NCBI GenBank assembly: GCA_029974275.1
Contig: JARKSN010000222.1
Coordinates: 1-20,102 of the forward strand
DNA: 20,102 nucleotides
Direction of reading: 5' to 3'
Origin: Candidatus Hydrogenedentota bacterium
Lineage (GTDB): Bacteria; Hydrogenedentota; Hydrogenedentia; Hydrogenedentales; SLHB01
Shown: piece by piece, positions 17,087-20,102 of the stretch
How the letters are laid out: each line of letters starts with the position of its first letter
How positions within the stretch are numbered: position 1 is the stretch's first letter
The notes under the pieces: model-generated
Database searches by the model: none
What the model saw: only the letters and a program-made list of their open reading frames with translations
Told to the model about the DNA's origin: nothing
Made by a program: the position numbers and the translations under genes

Positions 17087-18130
17087 TCAGAACCCTTCAA
17101 GTTCATCCAACATTCCTCCATAGAGCGTAGCGTAGAACCGGATGACCACCAATCCAACGGTGGCCCCCACGATCAACATGACTAGAACGCGCAACAGCCG
17201 GGTCGCCATCTGCACCGCCTGCAACGCTTCCGCAAGATGATAATCGGAAACCTTGCGCAACTGGACCTCCAGGCTACCGGTCTCTTCGCCGACATGCAAC
17301 ATCTCGCGCGCCGTCGCCGTCAAATGAACCTCGGCGAACGCATGCGTCAACGTGGATCCTTCCTTCACATAGGGAACGGCCTTGAGGAGATCGCGTTCGA
17401 TGTACGGATTCAAGGCGACCGCCGCGGATCGCTCGATGCACGCGACGATGGGAAGACCGCTCCCGATCAGCAGCGACATGGTGCGAAAAAAACGGGACAA
17501 CGCAAACCGGCGCGTCACCGCGGAAAACGGCCAGAGAAACGTCGTGAAAAGAGAGGATATCCAGCGGAAAACGCCCATGCGAGCCAACACGATGCAGATC
17601 GCGACGACCGCCAGCGCTGCCGCATGCGCGAATAGCTGCAACTGGAAATAGTCACGAAAAAACGCCTCGAAATCGAACGCGGCGTCCGCCCTAGGCGCGA
17701 AAACGCCCAACAGCCGATTGACGAGCATCAACGCGAACGAACCAAAGTACCATGCGGCGAACAACATGAAAACGGGATAGACCAACGCGCCCACGATCTC
17801 GCGCCGCATGGCCAACCGATCCTCGTAGTAATCGGCCAAATCCCGCAGCATCACGTCGAGCCGCCCGCCCTTCTCGCCGGCGTCCAAAAGTTCAATGAGA
17901 ATTCGCGGCAGATACGGCGCTTGCGCCCGGGCCGCGTCGGCCAGCGTGGAACCGGAACGGATGGCGTGCCGCATCGCCGCCAGCACCTGACGCGTCTTGG
18001 AGCCGCGGGCTTGGCGTTCGGTGAGTTCAATGCCTTGGAGAATCGGAATGCCCGCATTGTACGCCGTGGATAATTGACGGCACGTCACCACCAGCGAGCG
18101 CATCGGCAATTGCGAAGATACCAACCCCAT
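17087..18130 (-). CDS. Type II secretion system F / PilC family inner-membrane platform protein
   Basis: Two T2SSF repeats: RQLSTAYNAGIPI...GEKGGRLDVMLRDLADYYE...ALVYP and FFRTMSLLIGSGLPI...VGEETGSLEVQL. Three TM segments. Start ATG 18130 with a GAGGA RBS. Confidence 0.92.
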   Translation of the reverse strand: MGLVSSQLPMRSLVVTCRQLSTAYNAGIPILQGIELTERQARGSKTRQVLAAMRHAIRSGSTLADAARAQAPYLPRILIELLDAGEKGGRLDVMLRDLADYYEDRLAMRREIVGALVYPVFMLFAAWYFGSFALMLVNRLLGVFAPRADAAFDFEAFFRDYFQLQLFAHAAALAVVAICIVLARMGVFRWISSLFTTFLWPFSAVTRRFALSRFFRTMSLLIGSGLPIVACIERSAAVALNPYIERDLLKAVPYVKEGSTLTHAFAEVHLTATAREMLHVGEETGSLEVQLRKVSDYHLAEALQAVQMATRLLRVLVMLIVGATVGLVVIRFYATLYGGMLDELEGF

Positions 18131-18162
18131 GATGTTTTCCTCTTGACCTGATCGGCGCGCTG

Positions 18163-18171
18163 ATTCTAGCA
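18163..18171 (-). promoter_or_regulatory. Putative extended -10 promoter element for the pilC-like gene
   Basis: Minus strand TGcTAGAAT, about 33 nt upstream of the start codon. Confidence 0.4.
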
Positions 18172-18260
18172 AAGCGCCCGATCGCAACGCCAGACCGGAA
18201 TGCGGGGAACATCATGCGCCATGCGTCGGAACCGCGAAAAAGCCCATCCGGACCCATTCC

Positions 18261-18316
18261 GTGTCACACAAATGTCATTTACCGATCTTTTCGCTGTCAT
18301 GAATCAGGCGTATAAG
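18261..18316 (+). promoter_or_regulatory. Pho-box-like (OmpR/PhoB-type) direct repeats with 11-bp period plus a candidate -10
   Basis: TGTCA at 18262, 18273 and 18295 (offsets 0, 11, 33): GTGTCAC-ACAA-ATGTCAT ... CTGTCAT. TATAAG follows 10 nt after the last unit. Confidence 0.55.
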
Positions 18317-18405
18317 ACCTTCAACGGAGTAGGGCGTTTTCAGCACGGGAGCGCCCGCACGAGGAACCGCAGTGATAGGAAGCGCGAGGAATGGAGATAC
18401 CTGCT

Positions 18406-18792
18406 ATGCTGACCATGCAGCCACCCAAGCCGACGGAAGCGGAATTGATGATTCTGCAAGCCCTATGGCGATTAGGCCCAAGCACCGTGCGCACAGTGAC
18501 CGAGGACTTGGCTCGTTTTCGCCGCACCGGCTATACGACGGTCCTCAAGCTGTTGCAGATCATGACCGAAAAAGGGCTTGTCGAACGCGACACGGCCCAA
18601 CGGGCGCATGTATACCGCTCCAAGTATCCGCAGGAGGACACCCAGCGCCAACTGCTCGACGATTTGTTGCGGCGCGCGTTCGGGGGGGCAACGTCGCGTT
18701 TGATGCGCCAGGCGCTTTCGGGGGCGGAGCTTTCGCCGGAGGAAGTGACCGAGATTCGATCCCTGATCGACCGGTACGCGCCCCAAGCCTGA
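18406..18792 (+). CDS. BlaI/MecI/CopY-family winged-helix transcriptional repressor
   Basis: PTEAELMILQALWRLGPSTVRTV...GYTTVLKLLQIMTEKGLVERD...AHVY...LLRRAFGG...LSPEEVTEIRSLI. No C-terminal CxC, so it is not CopY. ATG 18406 has GGAG upstream; ATG 18391 is an alternative start. Confidence 0.93.
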   Translation: MLTMQPPKPTEAELMILQALWRLGPSTVRTVTEDLARFRRTGYTTVLKLLQIMTEKGLVERDTAQRAHVYRSKYPQEDTQRQLLDDLLRRAFGGATSRLMRQALSGAELSPEEVTEIRSLIDRYAPQA

Positions 18793-18948
18793 TTTTTTTG
18801 ACAAAGCCCGACCATTCCGTGCATTTGGGCGTCGCGTCCCACGTCTCGAGGTCCCGCGGTCTTTGGAGGCGTCTCGCGCGCATCGCAACGAGCGGGCATG
18901 GGATCGGGCCGTCCCTTCCTTCAATAGTGATAAAAATGTGTCTTTCAT

Positions 18949-18980
18949 GATAAACGTTTGGCGGTTTATCCGCCAAACGT
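18949..18980. promoter_or_regulatory. Two interlocked inverted repeats upstream of the PEP-CTERM promoter (candidate enhancer/operator)
   Basis: ACGTTTGGCGG-N5-CCGCCAAACGT (18954-18980, perfect 11-bp arms) overlaps GATAAAC-N8-GTTTATC (18949-18970). Confidence 0.55.
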
Positions 18981-19046
18981 CCCGCGCGAATCGCCTTCAT
19001 ACCGGGTAAGTCCTTATGCGAAGCGATCGGAGCAACGGAGGCTTTC

Positions 19047-19063
19047 GGGGCATGATTGTTGCT
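19047..19063 (+). promoter_or_regulatory. Putative sigma-54 (-24/-12) promoter
   Basis: gGGCATGattgTTGCt, with GG at 19049-19050 and GC at 19061-19062 exactly 10 nt apart. Close to TGGCACG-N4-TTGC and 50 nt upstream of the PEP-CTERM gene. Confidence 0.7.
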
Positions 19064-19112
19064 CTTCCCCATATGACATGAGGAAGAGGCCTTCGCCTAA
19101 GGAGGAAATGTC

Positions 19113-19820
19113 ATGAAAAGCCAATCCAGAAGTCTCTTCGCAGTATGTTTTTTGGGGGCGTTGGCGTGCGCCGCGCCCATGCACCTCGCCAGCGCCACCA
19201 TTACGCCATTGCTCTCGCCGGCGGATTTCCTGTACCCGGTGACGACCATCGATTTCGACAGCGCCGCTGATCGGGATATCGCCAACACGCTTTACTCGGG
19301 CGAGGGGATTGTGTTTTCCCGGGACGACGGCTATGCCATTCCCATCATGGATTGGTCCGCGCTGGCCCGGACGACAACCTCGGCGCCCAATGTGATCGCC
19401 ACGATCCTCGGCACCTTCGAGGGGCAGCATGTTCCCTACTGGTCCACGCATTTGAACATGGTGTTCGCCGAACCGACCTATGAATTCGGAGCCTTTTTCG
19501 GGAACGATCAGGGGTGGGGCGGGTATACCCAGTCAACGCTTTACGTGTTTGACGTCAACGATGCGTTGCTGGGTTCCGTGACGATGGACGCGAACGAAAA
19601 CACCAGCGTGGACCAATTCATCGGGGTGCGTTCCACCGTTGCGTTTTACCGCGCCCGAATCGAGAACAACGGCACGGATATGGCGGTCGTGCTCGATAAC
19701 GTGTCTTTTGGCGGCGGCGGAGACGATGGCGGCGCGATAGTGCCCGAACCCTTCACCGCAGCGCTGCTGGGGGCGGGGTTGCTGGGCATGGCCTGCAGAA
19801 GACGCTTCATGGCGCCGTGA
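19113..19820 (+). CDS. PEP-CTERM sorting-domain cell-surface protein
   Basis: Signal peptide (...MHLASA|TIT), a Ser/Thr-rich beta-rich body, a Gly/Asp linker, then IVPEPFTAALLGAGLLGMACRRR (VPEP + TM + basic cluster). AAGGAGG RBS. Confidence 0.95.
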   Translation: MKSQSRSLFAVCFLGALACAAPMHLASATITPLLSPADFLYPVTTIDFDSAADRDIANTLYSGEGIVFSRDDGYAIPIMDWSALARTTTSAPNVIATILGTFEGQHVPYWSTHLNMVFAEPTYEFGAFFGNDQGWGGYTQSTLYVFDVNDALLGSVTMDANENTSVDQFIGVRSTVAFYRARIENNGTDMAVVLDNVSFGGGGDDGGAIVPEPFTAALLGAGLLGMACRRRFMAP

Positions 19821-19942
19821 TCGCGGCAGCGCCCACGGCTATCCTGCTTTTCTCGGCGCGCGGGAAGATGGCGCGAGGAGAAAGGACCTTGTAAACGGAC
19901 CGGGCCGCCGGGTGAACGAGGCGTGGCGCGGCGAGCGTTCTG

Positions 19943-20102
19943 CTATCGCAGGAGGACCTTGCCCGTGTCGCTATCGAGTATCACGGTGGACCACGGGGCG
20001 AGGTTGATTTTCACTTTTTTGCCGTTGTGCAAGGTCAGGGTGCGCTTGCCGCCGGTCTCGGTGTGAATCCACAGCACCCCGCCGCCCGCACTGACCACGT
20101 CG
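19943..20102 (-). CDS. C-terminal fragment of a gene starting beyond the window; possibly a glycoside-hydrolase-type C-terminal beta domain
   Basis: Hand translation ...DVVSAGGGVLWIHTETGGKRTLTLHNGKKVKINLAPWSTVILDSDTGKVLLR* (TAG at 19943-19945), with GC-rich third codon positions. The function guess is weak. Confidence 0.6.
   Translation of the reverse strand, partial: DVVSAGGGVLWIHTETGGKRTLTLHNGKKVKINLAPWSTVILDSDTGKVLLR

Noticed and set aside
18406..18792. Beta-lactam or copper resistance locus
   Set aside because: No beta-lactamase, BlaR1, PBP or copper ATPase is adjacent, and the CopY cysteine motif is absent.
19062..19088. Hairpin CTCTTCC...GGAAGAG as a riboswitch or terminator
   Set aside because: Its left arm overlaps the -12 element and would lie upstream of the predicted TSS. 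There is no U-tract or recognisable aptamer.

Overview
GC-rich bacterial chromosomal segment, densely coding and mostly on the minus strand. No CRISPR array, tRNA/rRNA or mobile element was recognised. Left arm (minus strand, in transcription order): ComB-like phosphatase; FGGY sugar kinase; alkaline-phosphatase-superfamily (NPP-like) enzyme translationally coupled to a GT4 glycosyltransferase; RlmI-like methyltransferase; a nitroreductase-methyltransferase fusion; and an alpha/alpha-toroid-like protein that runs off the window and is missing from the ORF track. Centre: an ECF sigma/zinc anti-sigma pair, and an operon of carbamoyltransferase, SxtJ-like protein, SxtK/DUF5989-like microprotein (missing from the ORF track) and a 1096-aa multidomain secreted protein. 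Right arm: a 58-aa peptide gene with its own promoter and a prepilin-like/double-glycine site; an orphan PilC/GspF paired with a membrane parvulin; an orphan BlaI-family regulator behind a Pho-box-like repeat array; and a PEP-CTERM protein behind a sigma-54-type promoter with a palindromic upstream element. All calls come from reading motifs by eye; no database searches were run.
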